Shown here: in pieces, positions 1 to 14,614 of the stretch
Layout of the letters: each line of letters opens with the position of its first letter
Numbering within the stretch: position 1 is the stretch's first letter
Origin: Syncephalis fuscata S228
Taxonomy: Eukaryota; Fungi; Zoopagomycota
Length of the DNA stretch: 64,000 nucleotides
Direction of reading: 5' to 3'
NCBI GenBank assembly: GCA_025786725.1
Contig: JAHLTZ010000030.1
Location: forward strand, 1-64,000
The notes under the pieces: generated by a model
What the model was told of the DNA's origin: nothing
The model's database searches: none
Seen by the model: only the letters and a program-made list of their open reading frames with translations
Position numbers and translations under genes: made by a program

Positions 1-2559
1 CAATATAAGCCTACACAAATACTAACCAAAAGTATGTTAATTAATCAGCTATTTAATGCATAGTCAATTGTTAATTGTTAACGTTAATTTATATAGTAAT
101 GACTGGCCATTAGAAACTGTTGTCGTTTTTGCTAGCCATAATAACTAATTAGCAGTACCGTAATATATTATTAATTAAAAAAGATCAGTAATTAATGTTA
201 CATGTAGTTGCAATGTATATGCAATACTAAATATCACATTGCTAATCATCAAGCAATGCCCTAGTCTGGCGTTGTCCTATAGTTTTAGTTTTTGATACTT
301 GCTGATAATTAACACTTATATTACTGCTTCTTAATTGTTTACTATCAAATAGGCTATTAAGCTATTTTATAATAAGTGAAATAATTATATACTGTTATAT
401 GATAAGGCCTGATGAATGCACGTTTGTCTTATTTATAGGTTATACAATCTTGATAGGCTTACGTCTTGTTGTACATGTAACAAATTTGCTATTTCACAAT
501 AAAATTTACAACTTTGGCATGCCTAGCGGCAATCTAATTACTAACGCTAAGTACGGTATCTAATGACTATAATATAGCTTAATGGACACTTCTTTATTTT
601 TGTTATTCTATTTAATAGTATTAAGTATGGTGCAGGACAAAATATTATAAGTAAACACAAACTGTAAATAATAAAAGTAATTGTTATCGCGTTTTAGCTA
701 GGTTTTATTTTCATTTGTTACGTAGCAAGTGTCTACATCTTTGTGATTTACAAATATCTATTTATAATTAGTAACCAATAACAATGACACTTACTGTTCA
801 ATGTCGACCGTGTCGCTTTATCCTTTATTCGTTCTTTTCTGTTTTTCGGCACTTTTGTTTGTCGCAGCCTTATTATTAACTAGTATATATGCCTAGTTCA
901 TCCACTACATGGCTTTATTGCTAAAGATAAATATTGTTATGCTTAACAACATTAACGTACAAGCATGTAATGTTCAGTAAACACAACTATCTTCGATCTT
1001 GTAGCTCATATTTAATAGTAATACATGCAGTCGAAATAAGCAATAACATAACATCTACACACCATTTCCAACTGTAATATATAGTATATATTATTTATGA
1101 ATAAGCAACAATTTATTCAGCCATTGCGCTACTTAAATGCCGGTTTTATTATTATAGAGACATTATGCCGTCTAATTCATTCAAAAGTAATGCAGATGAT
1201 AAACGTTCTATTTAGTTATTAAAAACTGAAAACCATTATTGTGCTAATGTTATTGTACTGCTATGCTGGCCATAATACTTTTCATAGTATTTTTGTAGAT
1301 GTAGCTGATTGCCGTAGTGGCATATACATTTGTGAAAAGTTATGTTTATTATTTCTATTTGGTTAATACTTGCTAACCATTGGATAAAATAAAGCATGAG
1401 CATGGCTGAAACAACTTAATAAAATATAATTAAACGAGCTATATATTTGCTGCAAGCTTTTGCAGTTTAATAGATATAGCTGAGCTATGACTTCTTCCTG
1501 GAATAATAAAGTTATTGACTAAAGAGGCGAATAATGCAAATCATTGATTAGGATTTGATGTTTGTATAAGCTAAATAGTAGCTGTCAAACATAGATAAGC
1601 CACTTTACATGGCTACCTATACAGCAAAGAATATATTATACTAACAATATGCAGCACGTTAATTTGTTTGCATAGTATATTGATATGCTGTAATTCTTAT
1701 ACACGCAATCACAATACCAACAGTGGCCAATAAACTTTAATATAGCCTATAATCACTCATACATTTATAATCACTATCAAATGTATCTTCTATATAATTA
1801 TATTAAAAATTAGCTGGCCACAATATCTGACATTTTTGTACCGTCTAAATACATGGCACATCATTAATTATAAGTCGGCTACAAAATTTATGCTTAGTAT
1901 TGCTTGCATAAAATAATTATCTAATGCACACCGTTACATTTACAATATTATCGTATAGTTTTATTTTAAATATAGTAAGTTTTACTGTAAGTTATCTACT
2001 ATGGCAATAAAGTATAGTATTTTACGACTAAATCGCACACAGTCGATAGCTTATCCAGTACTGTTTAAAATCAACGGTGGTTATGTATATATAACAGCTA
2101 TAACACCAATACAATTTAATGCGTAAAACACAATGGTAAGCCAATAAACCTATATGAAATAAGGTTCCGACCTGAATAACCGGCTTACAGAATTCATTTG
2201 TAAAGTTTAAAGCAAAGCATTAGGAGCAAGAATAATATGTTTAGTAAGGAGATTAAATATAGAGTAGACGTTTGCTATTAAGGATTAATATATACAAACA
2301 TAAAATAACATATTGTAATAAAAACCAAACTAAATATGATAATAATAATAAATTAAAGACTAATGGTTTATTAAAAGATAAACAAGCATAAATGTATCTA
2401 CACTAAAAATGTTGCTTATGTACTACAAATATAAAGGTAACGTATACCTTTAAGCTCTATGGTCAGTAGCAATGCATAAAATAAAATATGTTAAAAATAA
2501 TGAGAAACATAAATTATATATTATGTAGAATTTTGTCATATTCATTAACATTTTAGTAT

Positions 2560-3200
2560 AGTTTGAAGGTTAGATGACTATATTTGATAATATTTGGGCA
2601 ATTGAGCTACACTTTCGTTCTATTAAACATGGAACTGGACGATAAATGGCACCAGTCATTAAAATACTCATTATCTTAGACTTGTTACTTTGTATGCATA
2701 TATCTTTTATTCACTAGTATCATTTTCATTCTATCTCACACTACTATATACCATTTATAACATACTAGACATAATTTATTCTTCATATGTTACAATTCAC
2801 TTCGTTATTCCACCTATTGTATCGTACACGCTAAAACTTTAACTCCGAGTGCCATACTTTTTATTATATATTTATACCATTATGTATTATTTTGTGCTTG
2901 TTTAGTCAAGCTTTGTCCAAAACTGTTTTACGTTTTGTTCTAGCTTTATTATTGATATTTTTTTATTATAGTTCAATTTACACACTTGCTCATGTATAAA
3001 TGCTCTAACGCCTTAACATTGCCAATCACCATTTTGGTTCGTATATTCATTATATTGTTTATTGCTTTTTTGAATAAATAAATGCTATTCAATATCGTTG
3101 TCTATTTATTTCTAGCTATATTATTTGTAACAAAATAGCTATTCTACAGTCATTTGATTACAGCTTCGCCATGTATAGCGAATATTAAATCATTATCACT
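2560..3200 (+). mobile_element. Degenerate remnant of the TIR-module/MITE family
   Basis: 2570-2700 (atgactatattt...ctattaaacatg...aaatactcattatc...gtatgcatata) resembles the module at 4860 and 21290. 2880-3130 resembles the MITE interior at 31660-31880. Confidence 0.5.
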
Positions 3201-3498
3201 ATGCATATTTATTTTTAATTATAGTATAGCTTAATTATTATTGCTGCTTTAGTAATTTCTTCTATCTTTATTACTTATTTTCTTTTTATTATTTTACTCG
3301 ACATTTAAATGACAAACACTACAATATAAACGCGTACACAGTTTTATCCATGAGTAACGGAATAGCTGGATTTTACAATTACAATTTATTTTACTTGCAT
3401 TTGTTTTGTCAAAAGCAATTTGAACGTCTTGCGTATCTACTAAGTTAAAAATACGATAAGAATACAGCTTTTAGCTATAGTGATGAGCTAGTCTATAA

Positions 3499-4241
3499 CT
3501 AGCGATGGGCTGGTTTACCGCCATCTCCACCGCCAAGATCTCTTATTGCTTGTACTGATGGTAGTGGCGGTGGAGCCGGTGTTGCATCGGTAGTCACAAG
3601 TGTATCACCTACAATACGAAATGTTGACAGTGACATGCCCGCTAGACAACTGGCTGTATCCGGTGGTGGCGATCCAAAGGTAGGCTGTGGAACAGGTAAA
3701 GCTGCCGTAGCAGCAGAAGCTGTCGCTGCCTCCATCCATAGTCCATCCCGTTGCCATCCATGGACAATTACTTTGATCTGAATAAGTAGATATCAATAGC
3801 AATTGTATTATTATTAATATGGTAATTACTATAATGGCTTCAACATATTCCATTCTTTATATTGTCTTTGTTTACATTGTTTCTATTACTTACCACGTGA
3901 CTTAGTGGGATAGGCACAGTTAATGTGCGTCGATGCCGAATAAGATGGTCATAAATAACGCCATAGTTCTCTGGAACAAATTTGCGCAGCTGTGGTGTGC
4001 AAGGCTGCGGATCATGATGGGCAGGAGGATCGTCCTTGGTGTTTGTTATATCTGAATCTGCAGTCAATGTAGGATGTGGCAGGTCTTGCATCCACTGTCT
4101 CCGCTGCTCTTCCCAGTGGCCAAGTCCAACTGCTGGCTCTTCAGCAGTTGTTTTTTTACTACTGGATTCTTTACATAGAAATTCAGTCATGCTGGCTTTA
4201 CTGCTGCAAATAGATTGTGTTTGCTCTTCGCTTAATTGCAT
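3499..4241 (-). CDS. DUF4050 / Gag1-like clamp family protein, 2 exons (4241-3894, 3777-3499), ~208 aa
   Basis: Motifs GLGHWEEQRRQW, IYDHLI...PIPLSHV and, after a GTAAGT...CAG intron, IKVIVHGWQRDGLW are typical of DUF4050. Confidence 0.8.
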
Positions 4242-4859
4242 TATAAAGGATTAAAAAATAAATGATTCGGTCGAATGTTGTAGAGTAGCAATGCAAATTA
4301 TAATACTCTTTTTCGAATAATTGAAAAGTAAATCTAGAGCAAGAAGAGAAGAAAAGGAATGAGATAAAAAGGAGTACCGTTTCTGGAAGGATTCGGCTTT
4401 TTAAAAGGCGGACTGGCTAAACGCTATTAACTACATTCCTTGAACATTCAAAAAAGAACTTGACTGCTCGGTGAAATATTATTAATTGGGAATAATTTTG
4501 TAAACTCAGTTGACTTGCCCTGATATACAAGTGCCACACCACCTGGCCGCTTTCAATTAACCTGTTTCGATATTATAGATGTTTCAGAAATCTCAAGTTT
4601 ATAGTACCGTACAATCTATTGCATACATGTTTTATTCCAACAATACATTACAACATGGTTGTACATTATTGACAGCTTATTATTTAACAGTTTTATCTAT
4701 TATGTTAATGCTAGGATCCTATATATTTGTGTTATGCTGTTTCATTTAATGTTTAATTTCAAAGTCTATAGCTTAATAGTTATTAAATAAAGTGTAATAA
4801 TCATATAACATATTGTATGCCATTTGGCATTATTATACAAATTAATTGAATTGATCATT

Positions 4860-5856
4860 GTTTAGTATGATCCGGTGGTCAAATGGCTGCATTTAATAGC
4901 ATCCAATCTATTGAACATGATGATGGGTGGTAAGCGACATCAATCATCAAATACTCATTATTGTAGCTTTATTATCCAGTATGCATATATACTCTATCTA
5001 TATCATCCCCATTCTGTCCCATACTAATATATATCATTCTATGATATACTAGATACGCTCTATTGCTTATATGTTCTAATACACTTTGTTCAATTTACTC
5101 GCTACTTTATATGCACTATGACTTTAACACCGCTCATCGTACACTTGACATCGTATATTCATTTATTATATATTATTCTATACTCGTTTGCTCTTGCTCT
5201 ATTCAGACTTAATGTCCTTTTGACGCTAGCGCTATTATTAGTGAAGCTTTGCTATTTTGCTCATTCGCTTAGTTACTTATTAGTTTATCTACATTATAAC
5301 TTTAGCACTATTGGTCGCCACTTTGTACTGTATATTCTTTATTTTGTATATTGCTATATTACATATTAGCTATACGTCGCCTAGAGTCATTATCCATTTG
5401 GTTCTAGCTCTACTACTAAAACCTTGACCTATTTCACTTCTTTCTACTCATTGTATTATATTGCTAGAACAAATACTAAAAGTATGCATAGATGTATTAC
5501 TTTATTAAACGTATGTATTAGATTGATTATCTATAGCTAATCACGGCTGAATTAGCTAAAGTCAGTTAATTATGATTATAATGGTATCCAAGTCAAGTAG
5601 TGGAGCATTTATAGGAATACAAGCTCAAAAGAAAATATATTGGTATAAAAGTGAAATGGAATATGGATAAAAACCATGTAAATAGTCATAACGCAATACT
5701 GCGCAAATATAATAGGCAGATGGTGGATATATGCATACTGGATAATCAATCTACAATAATGAGTATTTGATAATTGATGTCACTCACCACCCATCATCGT
5801 GTTCAATAGATTAGATGCATTAAATACTGGTCATTTAACCACAAATCATACCAAAT
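4860..5856. mobile_element. ~1-kb non-autonomous MITE-like element with ~135-bp imperfect terminal inverted repeats
   Basis: tttagtatgatccggtggtcaaatggctgc...attatccagtatgcatatat at 4861-4990 and its reverse complement at ~5727-5856. AT-rich non-coding interior. No TSD visible. Confidence 0.75.
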
Positions 5857-6510
5857 ATTTAATAAAACAGTATCTTTTTTCTTGCTATAATATTACATTA
5901 TTTATCTATATAGCCACATATAGAGTAATCTTTATTTCATTAAAAAATAGTTTATTTCATTATTCATATTGAAACACTTTGACACATCGTTGTAGCGTAG
6001 TTTAAACGTTTATGAATGATTCTGTTATACGCACACACATTCACAAAGAAGCATCATGAGAAATATGAAAATAGAGACACGAACAGACAGACAAACAGAC
6101 AGACACTAATACGAAGAAAGAAAGAAAGAAAGAAAATGAGGGAGAGGAAATAAGAATGCTAAAGTGATATACTATCGATTGATGAGTACGTAAAACTAGT
6201 CAACCATCTATACTCAATGATGTAGAGGATCACTTGTACTAATAGCATCTTACTTATGTCACACACACATACACTATCTGCTACACTCACAAAGACATAG
6301 GACCACATAACAACAACAACAGCTGTAACAACACAAATACACGTGCACCAATACACACGCCAAAGATGCCGTATGGAATGAAATAAATCTGCTGCAGCCC
6401 TTGGGATAAAAGGAACAAAGGAGAATAATGAACGAACAAACCGCTGTCCAGTGCTATAGGCAAATGACAACAAATACGGTAACCATATAGTAAGTTATAT
6501 TGCTATGACA

Positions 6511-8350
6511 TTACATTGGACGATAGGCATGTTGTTGGTACTCCATTACATGTGATGCATGTTGCTGTTGCTGTTGCTGTTGCTGCATTTGTTGTTGATG
6601 TTGCTGCATTTGCTGTTGTAACTGCTGCTTCTGTTGTGTCGATAGTGTTGGGTGTGAGGCAGATGTACGAAGCACTGGATAGTGTTCTCCCATACGAGGA
6701 TATAAGCCTTGTAGCATGCCTACACGTAGATGTTCCGGCACTTTTAGTACAAGATAGCATAGATAGTTATGCTCTGTCGGTGTAAGGTAGCCGTGCCACA
6801 TCGTGTCACTCTCGACCAATCGATCATATTTGGTATCATGAGAGGGGGCGGCAGCCGGTTGGGCCTTTGACTCTAGATAGACATTAGGCATTGACTTCTC
6901 GGTAGTAGGTGTCATGTTCCAATTACTATTTAACATAAGTAGATTAATAAAAATAAAGTATTGCCATTTTTGTAACTTACTAATGATAATCCGATGAAAT
7001 CGACATATTGTTTGCTGCTGTCGATGGTACTTGAGGTGTATCGGCACGAGGTATTTGTGGTAGTGTCATATTCAAGCTTGAACCCATTGCTTGAAATAGA
7101 CCAACCGTCTCGGCACTAGATAGCATCGGCTGCTGATGTGGATGACCATGCGAGTGTGCATGGTGCTGTTGGTGGTGTGTACTTGTCGTACCGGCTGCCC
7201 ATGAAGCAGTACGGACTAGACGACGTGTAGATGTTGTTTTCTATAATAGCACATAGCGTTGTGTCAATATACGTATATTGAATATTGAACAGTATGTTAT
7301 TACCTTTAATGCTTTATCGGCCACATTCCATGCATCCATAATACGGGCGGCAAACATCTTGTCGTCCTTCTTGCCCAAGGCGACAGCTGTTACGTAAACG
7401 TTATGGTGCAATAAAGCACGATTGTTGATCATGGCTTCGACTCTATTTAAAATATCTGCTTTTAACTTGCCATGGACTTTCTACTCAAACAAGATTAGCC
7501 ACTTGAATAAATAAAGCCTACTACTACTACTACTACCATTACTTACTTGATCTAATTTAAGCATTTTAAATGCTCCCATCATTTTAACTTCAGTTTCTCG
7601 ACGTAGTTTGTCAGCCATATCACCGTTAGACAAATCACGGGCAATTTCTTCAGGTGTAGTGGCTCGTCCACTTCGAGACTTGTAACCAGTTAGAATAAGA
7701 TGAAGGAGCATTTGTTTAAATGCCTTGTGTGCCAAGTCACCGGCCATTTGCGGTGAAACATCTTGATTGTCTTCTAACTGTGATGGATGATAGGCCGTAG
7801 CTTGTTGTGGCTGTTGTTGCGGCGGCTGTTGCTGTTGCATTAATGGCTGCTGTTGCATTAATGGCTGCTGCTGTGGCTGCGACGGCTGTTGTGGCTGCAT
7901 CATAAGCTGCAGTTGAGACGGCTGATGTAAATGAATAGTCTTGTGAGTTGAAGGAATAACAAACTTGACCATTGGTGGCTGCTGCTGTTGCTGTTGTTGT
8001 TGATGGTGTTGTTGTTGTTGATGATGATGATGGTGATGGTGATGTTGCTGCTGCTGCTGCTGCTGTTGATAAGGCTGTGCATGCATAGGGGGAGGCGATG
8101 AAGACGAGGAGGTTGACGAATTGGAAGATACGGAGGACGGTGATGGTGATGACATACGTATATGGTGTGCCAATGGCGAATGATTTGCATAGCTATAATT
8201 TCTTTGCACTGCAGGTGCACGTGGCCGCGTATTGGCATTTACATTTGCAAGACGCCCTTTACCACCAGATGGCATGACCATCGGCACTACAGCCTGATTA
8301 GACCAAAAGTGCATATTTGGCTGGCCACGGTGACTCATAGTATAATCCAT
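6511..8350 (-). CDS. Uncharacterised polyQ/polyH protein (family member 1), 4 exons
   Basis: Three GT-AG introns join the ORF pieces in frame (..LKLDQ|KVHGK..KALK|KTTST..DYHY|NWNMT..). One copy of the shared helical domain, plus motif YLTPTEHNYLCYLVLKVPEHLRVGMLQGLY. Confidence 0.8.
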
Positions 8351-11300
8351 ATCAACTAATATTGAGGATAATGTTGTTATTGTTGCTATAACAATTGAAA
8401 GAGAACAAAATACAAATGGCTATAGTTGTTCAAGGCGGAGTATGAATTGCTAGATCACTGTAATGAAGTATAATTTACTCCGCACCCACACACACACACA
8501 ATCACAAACAAATAATCGCTGGTTTCAAACTCCGAATAACAGACTACCCAATATTTGGTAATCAATGGCTAAAGGATAAACGCAACGATGTGTGACGTGT
8601 TGTTTGTTTAAAACAAATACGCGCAGTACAAACGAGTGTAAGTGCAACTAGAAATGGATACACAGCCACAAACGCCACAAATTCTAGAGTAGATGTGTGT
8701 ATCTATGGATATGAAAGGTAAATATCACCACACACCAATACAAATAGCTGTAATGGATCTGTCAATGAAATAGAAGTGCAATAGTAATAAAGGTTATTAT
8801 TACTTTAGCCACAATGTAACGCTCAAGGAATGATTTATGATATTGTTATGGTTATAAAGGGTATTGTTGTTGTTGTTGTTATTGTTGTTATTGTTGTATT
8901 TTTATGTAGTTGCAGTAGAAGTAGTAGTAGTTGCTGTTTTGGTGTTCAACGGTAATGGCTAGTGCTGTGTACAGCGAAAGAGAGATATACCGTCAAATGC
9001 TACGACAGGCGAAGAAGGTTCTACAATAGAAACCGTCGACAGTGTTGTTTAAACGAATATGCACGTGCGGGTGTGTAACTTGCAATAGGTTAAAATAACG
9101 CAAGCGAGTTACGCGGGATGAGTAGGTCACTGTTAGTATGAATTGTCTAATGAAAGTAGTATATGTGTTAGAAACGATAAGTAGGTTGCAGTGGTGTTGC
9201 AGGTAGCGCAGTAAAAGGAAGAAGATAGGACGAGAAAAAAGATAGAACGAGCGACCAAGGCAGCTAACAACAGAGGTGCGTGTGCGTCAACTATTGAGTG
9301 TGGATAGAGATAGAAAGAGGTGTGAAGGTCAGCGCGGTTTCAAGTATTCTTTTCGTACCGTTGCAGTTGAGTTGCAGCAGCAGCAGCTATTATCGTGAAT
9401 GGCCTAGTGTGCTGCAGCCAGGTTGTCGTTGTTGTTATTGCCGTTGCCGTTGCCACTGCTATTGTTGCTATTATTACTACACAAAAGTTGTTGCGCAGCC
9501 AATGTGTGGCGACTATGCCACTTGTACCAAACCAGAAAGGGGCACAAGGCAGTGGCGCAGGAGCGGTCATGATTGCGGAAGAATAGAGCGGCTGAAACAA
9601 GTCATCGTTGGCGACATGTGGGCATGAATGTGTGTGTGTGTGTGGATGGATGGACGGGAACGAGCGAATGAATGAATGAATAGACAGCTATGGATGGAGT
9701 TGCCTCGTACACCTGCACGCGTGGATAGGCAAATAAGGAGAGAGAGCAAAGGGGTACCTGCTCGTTCAGATACAAAAACAGAAAGGATGCGTGGAGAAGA
9801 AGCGTAATCATTCTATATGTGTGTGCGGAGAGTGTTGCCATAACTGTAATAATGTGGTAATAGCAATAGCAAAAGTAGCAGTGACTAATGCAGCTATGGG
9901 AGATGCAAGAATGAACGTGAACGCGCCATCAAAAAGTAAACGAGGGTGCATGTGGCACTTACCCTGTTGCACAGCGTATTGGCCAGGTCTGTACCTACAA
10001 TTCAAATAGGCTATGAGTGTAGACAGATAGATGGCTGGATAGGTAGATAGGTAGATAGATAGATAAAGAAGGACAAAGTAGATAGATGGATACAGCGATA
10101 CCAGCGGAATGAATACTGAATAGCCATATTTTATATAGCCGGATCCAATCAACGCACCGTAAAGGGTCATGCAGCATTGGCAACAGTGCCATTCGTTAAA
10201 TATCACATATTCTCACGTGGATTGGCATATTCAATAAGAGTTTTTTGTTAATCTAATAACCAGTAAATTGTCAGTATTTGATGATAACCACTTGTATAAT
10301 GAAGTGTCTAAATAAATGAATAGCATATTTATTACTATTAAATAATATGACTACATTATGTTTATTTCAGTAATTAATCGTATTTATATACATGCCATGT
10401 TATACAACAATTTATCACACCATAATGTAATATGTATATTATTTAGTATTAACGTTATAAATTGATGGGCAGATGCAATAGATGCCGCGACAAGCCGAAT
10501 ACGCAGTACATTATCCAAGATGCACCTCTACGTACACACGCATATTGACACATGGATGTGAACGTATCATTATTGGTCACATCATTCTCACGACAGTCTT
10601 TATGATGAGCGTTGTCATTATCATAATACTGTTGATAGTGTACCATCTTTGTATTCTGGCTATCGTTCCTTTGCTTTTGTTCTTTTGTTGTTTCATTGCA
10701 TCTTGTTTTCATTTGAGATGGATATCGATACCGGTACCGATATCATCATTGGTTCGTTGCTGCCCTTTTGTCTATGTGGACACAGTAAAGGGCATGAGTT
10801 TGAAGGGTGACGTCATGTGGTGGTGATTGCTCACGCGGATAGTTACTGGCTATAACAGCAGTAACAACAACCAACAACCATAACACTGATGCTATTCAAT
10901 GGCATCGGTCCATCAGTAAACTGGTGGATAATGCGATGCATATCGGATAGACAAGCGCCTCGCCTTGTCGCCTTCGTTTTGTTAATGCGGAACGGCATTG
11001 GTGTGTGTATGTGTATGTGACTGTTTACCAGTATCCGAACCTATAAGCTTCGGTAATTAGATGGAACACAACAACAATGCAATGTTACAGCATAGATATG
11101 ACATAACAATAAACACAACAGTTGTAACAATGACTGACATGGCAGTAGTAATTATAGATGCAGCACCAAATAATAATAATAATAAGGGCACGGACAGCAG
11201 GACAAACAACTGTTACAGCTATTAAAAGCAGAACTGGGGCCACAAAGGCACGAGAATAAACAGATTGGTGTGACCTATTGAATAATGTGGCATGTTAATA

Positions 11301-11408
11301 TGAAAGAGCAGCCTAGCTTTATTTTTATTATTTAGTTAATGACAATAATGATATAAAATAATGGATATTTATAGCTGATTCAGCCCATTCGCTTAATAAT
11401 TGTCTAGC

Positions 11409-13827
11409 TTACATCCAGCGGTGTAAAAGTGCTCGGCGTAGATGTGGTGGAATCTTCATAATTAAAAACTCCAAGTGTTCTCGTTCCAGCTCGGTTAGAT
11501 ACGCGTTTATCAACGTGGTTTCATCTAAGGTCGATGAACTCGGTGCAGGCAGCAAAGGAGATACTGCAGGTGGCTGGGCAATAGGCGGTGCTGTGCTGTG
11601 GTAACTGGATAATGTAGGTGTTGGTGTCATAGAAGCCATGTGGTTGTAGTCATAGGCAATGGCAGCTGTGGACTAGTTGCATAACCACCGCCTGATTGCA
11701 TCACTGTCATACTTGTTGATGTACCTGGTGACATCATATTGGGTAGTGTAGATATGGTGGGTGTTTGAGATTGCTGTTGTTGTTGTTGTTGTTGTAAATG
11801 TGGATTATGTTGATATTGTGGCTGTGGCTGTGGTTGTTGCTGATAATGTTGTGTAGATTGATGAAGATGCTGTTGTTGTTGTTGTTGTTGTTCTTGTAAT
11901 TGTAATGGTGATGATTGTATATGGCGTGGTACTGATGACATGGTCATATCTACATTTCTTGTATCAGTATGTTGTTGTTGTTGTTTTAATGGTGATGATT
12001 GATGCATTGCACCTTGTTTTCGTGGTGATATAACTTGTCTTGTTGGTGGTGCGTTCATTAAATTAGATGTCGTTGTTGCTCTCCTAGTGATGAATGATGA
12101 TAATCTGATTGAGCTGGTGGTGTTGATGGTGAACTCGATACACTAATGGCCGATGATGCCATAACAGTTGTTGTTGTAATATCGGATTGTATAATTGGTG
12201 TAATCATACGTTCACGTGCCTTTTCTGCATTGGCTGCACCGAGTACTGATATACTTGTAATAGATGATTTGGGTTTTGATAAAGATGATGACCGTGGTGG
12301 TGATGATGATCTATATTATATATAATAAATTAATTTATTGATTCATTATTAATTAGGAATACACTGTTTATTATAACTTACCGTTGACGTGAATAACCAT
12401 TGCTATTAGACATAATGACATCAGGTTTATCCCAGTTTGAACTAGTATCTTTCTGTGGCTTATCCCAGTTTGAACTAGTATTTTTCTGTGGTTTATCCCA
12501 ATTGGAACTAGTATTTTTTTGTGGTTTATCCCAGTTAGAGTTATTGTCTTTCTGTGGCTTATCCCAATTGGAACCAGTATCTTTCTGTGGCTTATCCCAG
12601 TTTGAACTGGTATCTTTCTGTGGCTTATCCCAGTTTGAATTGGTATCTTGTTGTGGTTTCCCCATACATCCCAGGTGTGTTTATCAGTTACTACTGTCTC
12701 GCCCCAAGAAGAAACACCAGCCGATCCTGATGATGGTGCGTTGTCGTGATGATTATTGCTACTACTATTACCATTACGTTGACGACTACGACTACGACTA
12801 TGACTGATACTGCGACTATCATTCTTATTAGACTGTTAAACCATTCATTAGCCATTATCAATATAATTAAAATGTATATTTACAGAGTATGGGTCGGCAT
12901 CCGAGTAACGTGAGTGGCTGCTTGAATCACGACCATTTCTACTAGTGTCCCGTGTACTTTCCGTGTTCCTTGATGATGAATATTGATTATTTTCCCAATA
13001 TCTTTGATAACTTGGATCCTATTTCGATAATTAAGTTAAGTTAAATTAATATCGCTAAATACATAACTACATACTTTTACTAATTGATGTGCTTTTGGAT
13101 ATGCTGACTCCAACACCGTTGCAAATCGTGGATCACTAGTTTTAAACTTTTCAATAACATCTTCCATGACAGTAAAAAAGTTCTTGGATGCTTTCATCTT
13201 ATATTTAAGCGAATTGATTATACTATCTTGTTCTTTGCCCGATACACGCTATTACAACACAGCATTTAGTCTTTATGCTCAATTACTGGCCCCTTGTCAC
13301 CTTCTCTACTAACTCACCCGTGTTATGCGTAATTGGCCCAGTGTATAGCGAACTCTCTCGCCTAGCTTGTGCATAAAGTTTAATAGACGTGCTTTTGACA
13401 TATCCTCGATCAATCGATCGGTATCAGCTGGATCGCCTTTTTTAACATAGTCCGCCAATAAAGTATTATAGATTAGCTGTACAATGATTGCATGCTCTAG
13501 TTGAGTGCTGGTAATGGCTGAATTTTCGTCATGGCTATTCGATGAATGCGGATCAATGTAGCGAGAACGTTCCTTTCTTTGCAGCAATGAGCCCGACTCG
13601 TCCTCTTCAATCCAATTCGAGGGCCGTTTTCCAAAGCCTCCATTGATTGCCGAGGCTAATGGTGCGCCATAGTCGTTTTTTGAATAGCCAAAACCGCTGT
13701 CATTGGCACTGCTACCATGCTTACTGTGGGTCGACGACGATGTTAAATCTACGGTAAATCCAGTCATTTGTATAGCGCCATCTTCGGGATCGGGTGTACG
13801 CCTATACTCTCCTGAATAGTCAGACAT
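11409..13827 (-). CDS. Uncharacterised S/Q-rich protein with Trp repeats (family member 2), 5 exons, three apparent 1-bp deletions
   Basis: Starts MSDYSGEY, with canonical introns, the shared helical domain and C-terminus YLTELEREHLEFLIMKIPPHLRRALLHRWM. The frame slips by -1 near 12660, ~12085 and ~11640 (sequencing error or recent pseudogene). Confidence 0.7.
12420..12665 (-). repeat. 30-bp coding tandem repeat, ~8 units, encoding (NWDKPQKDTS)n
   Basis: The unit ttatcccagtttgaactagtatctttctgtgg recurs every 30 bp. Confidence 0.95.
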
Positions 13828-14614
13828 TGATGAGGTAGCGTCTTTAAGATATTTAGTAAGATAGCCGTGGATTGCTATCACTCTTGCTGTTGTTTGGTAG
13901 TCTTAAATACGTGTGGCTATATATGCTTACGCATGCATACAACTGGGAAAGCACAGCGATTTACAAATATGACGTATTTTTCTTGGCACTTTTGTAGCAG
14001 TCCTGCCTAAACGTGTACGGTTGGCACTAACTAACTATAAGCTAAATAGCTAAAACTAAACTTGGTCAATATCCAAAAGAACTAAAGCGTGTTAAACCGA
14101 GAAAGAGAAAATGGGTAAATAAAGAGAAATATTTTCACGACACTTGGATCATTACACTCCATTAAAACGGCGATCAAATAGCAATAATCATTATAGGCAT
14201 CATTTAGAGCAAGCGCAATGATATATTAGTATGTATATATATATACTAATTAATCATTTGAATAGTTAATCTATATATAGTATTAATGTAGAGTATATCT
14301 GTCTAATATAACAGATCAATAAGCTAAAAGTACTAGACGGGATGTATGTGTAGTAAAGGGGCATTTGTTAATCCAATATTAACCAATCTAATGGTCATTG
14401 TAATTAATTAACTACTATTACAGTATATTAATTCATTAAACACTTTAACTAAGTAATTTAACAAAAAAATAGTACTGTTTACCTAATAGTATGTAACACA
14501 TATCTAAACTCAATGGTTATAATAATAATAATAGTAACGAGATATCAACACTATTTGATAAAAACACGTTTTTTTGTTTTCCACCTTCAAACTATTTCTC
14601 ATTTGTATACAGTC

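Noticed and set aside
1-2550. AT-rich stretch examined for RNA genes or exons
   Set aside because: No tRNA, rRNA or snRNA pattern and no credible spliced ORF were recognised by eye.
12655-12665. In-phase G GGA AAC heptamer (canonical -1 ribosomal frameshift site) exactly where the frame must shift into the WDKPQ repeat
   Set aside because: The same gene needs two more -1 corrections that have no slippery heptamer, and all three can be fixed by adding one base to a short run. Sequencing error or decay is simpler. Revisit if accurate reads confirm only this site.
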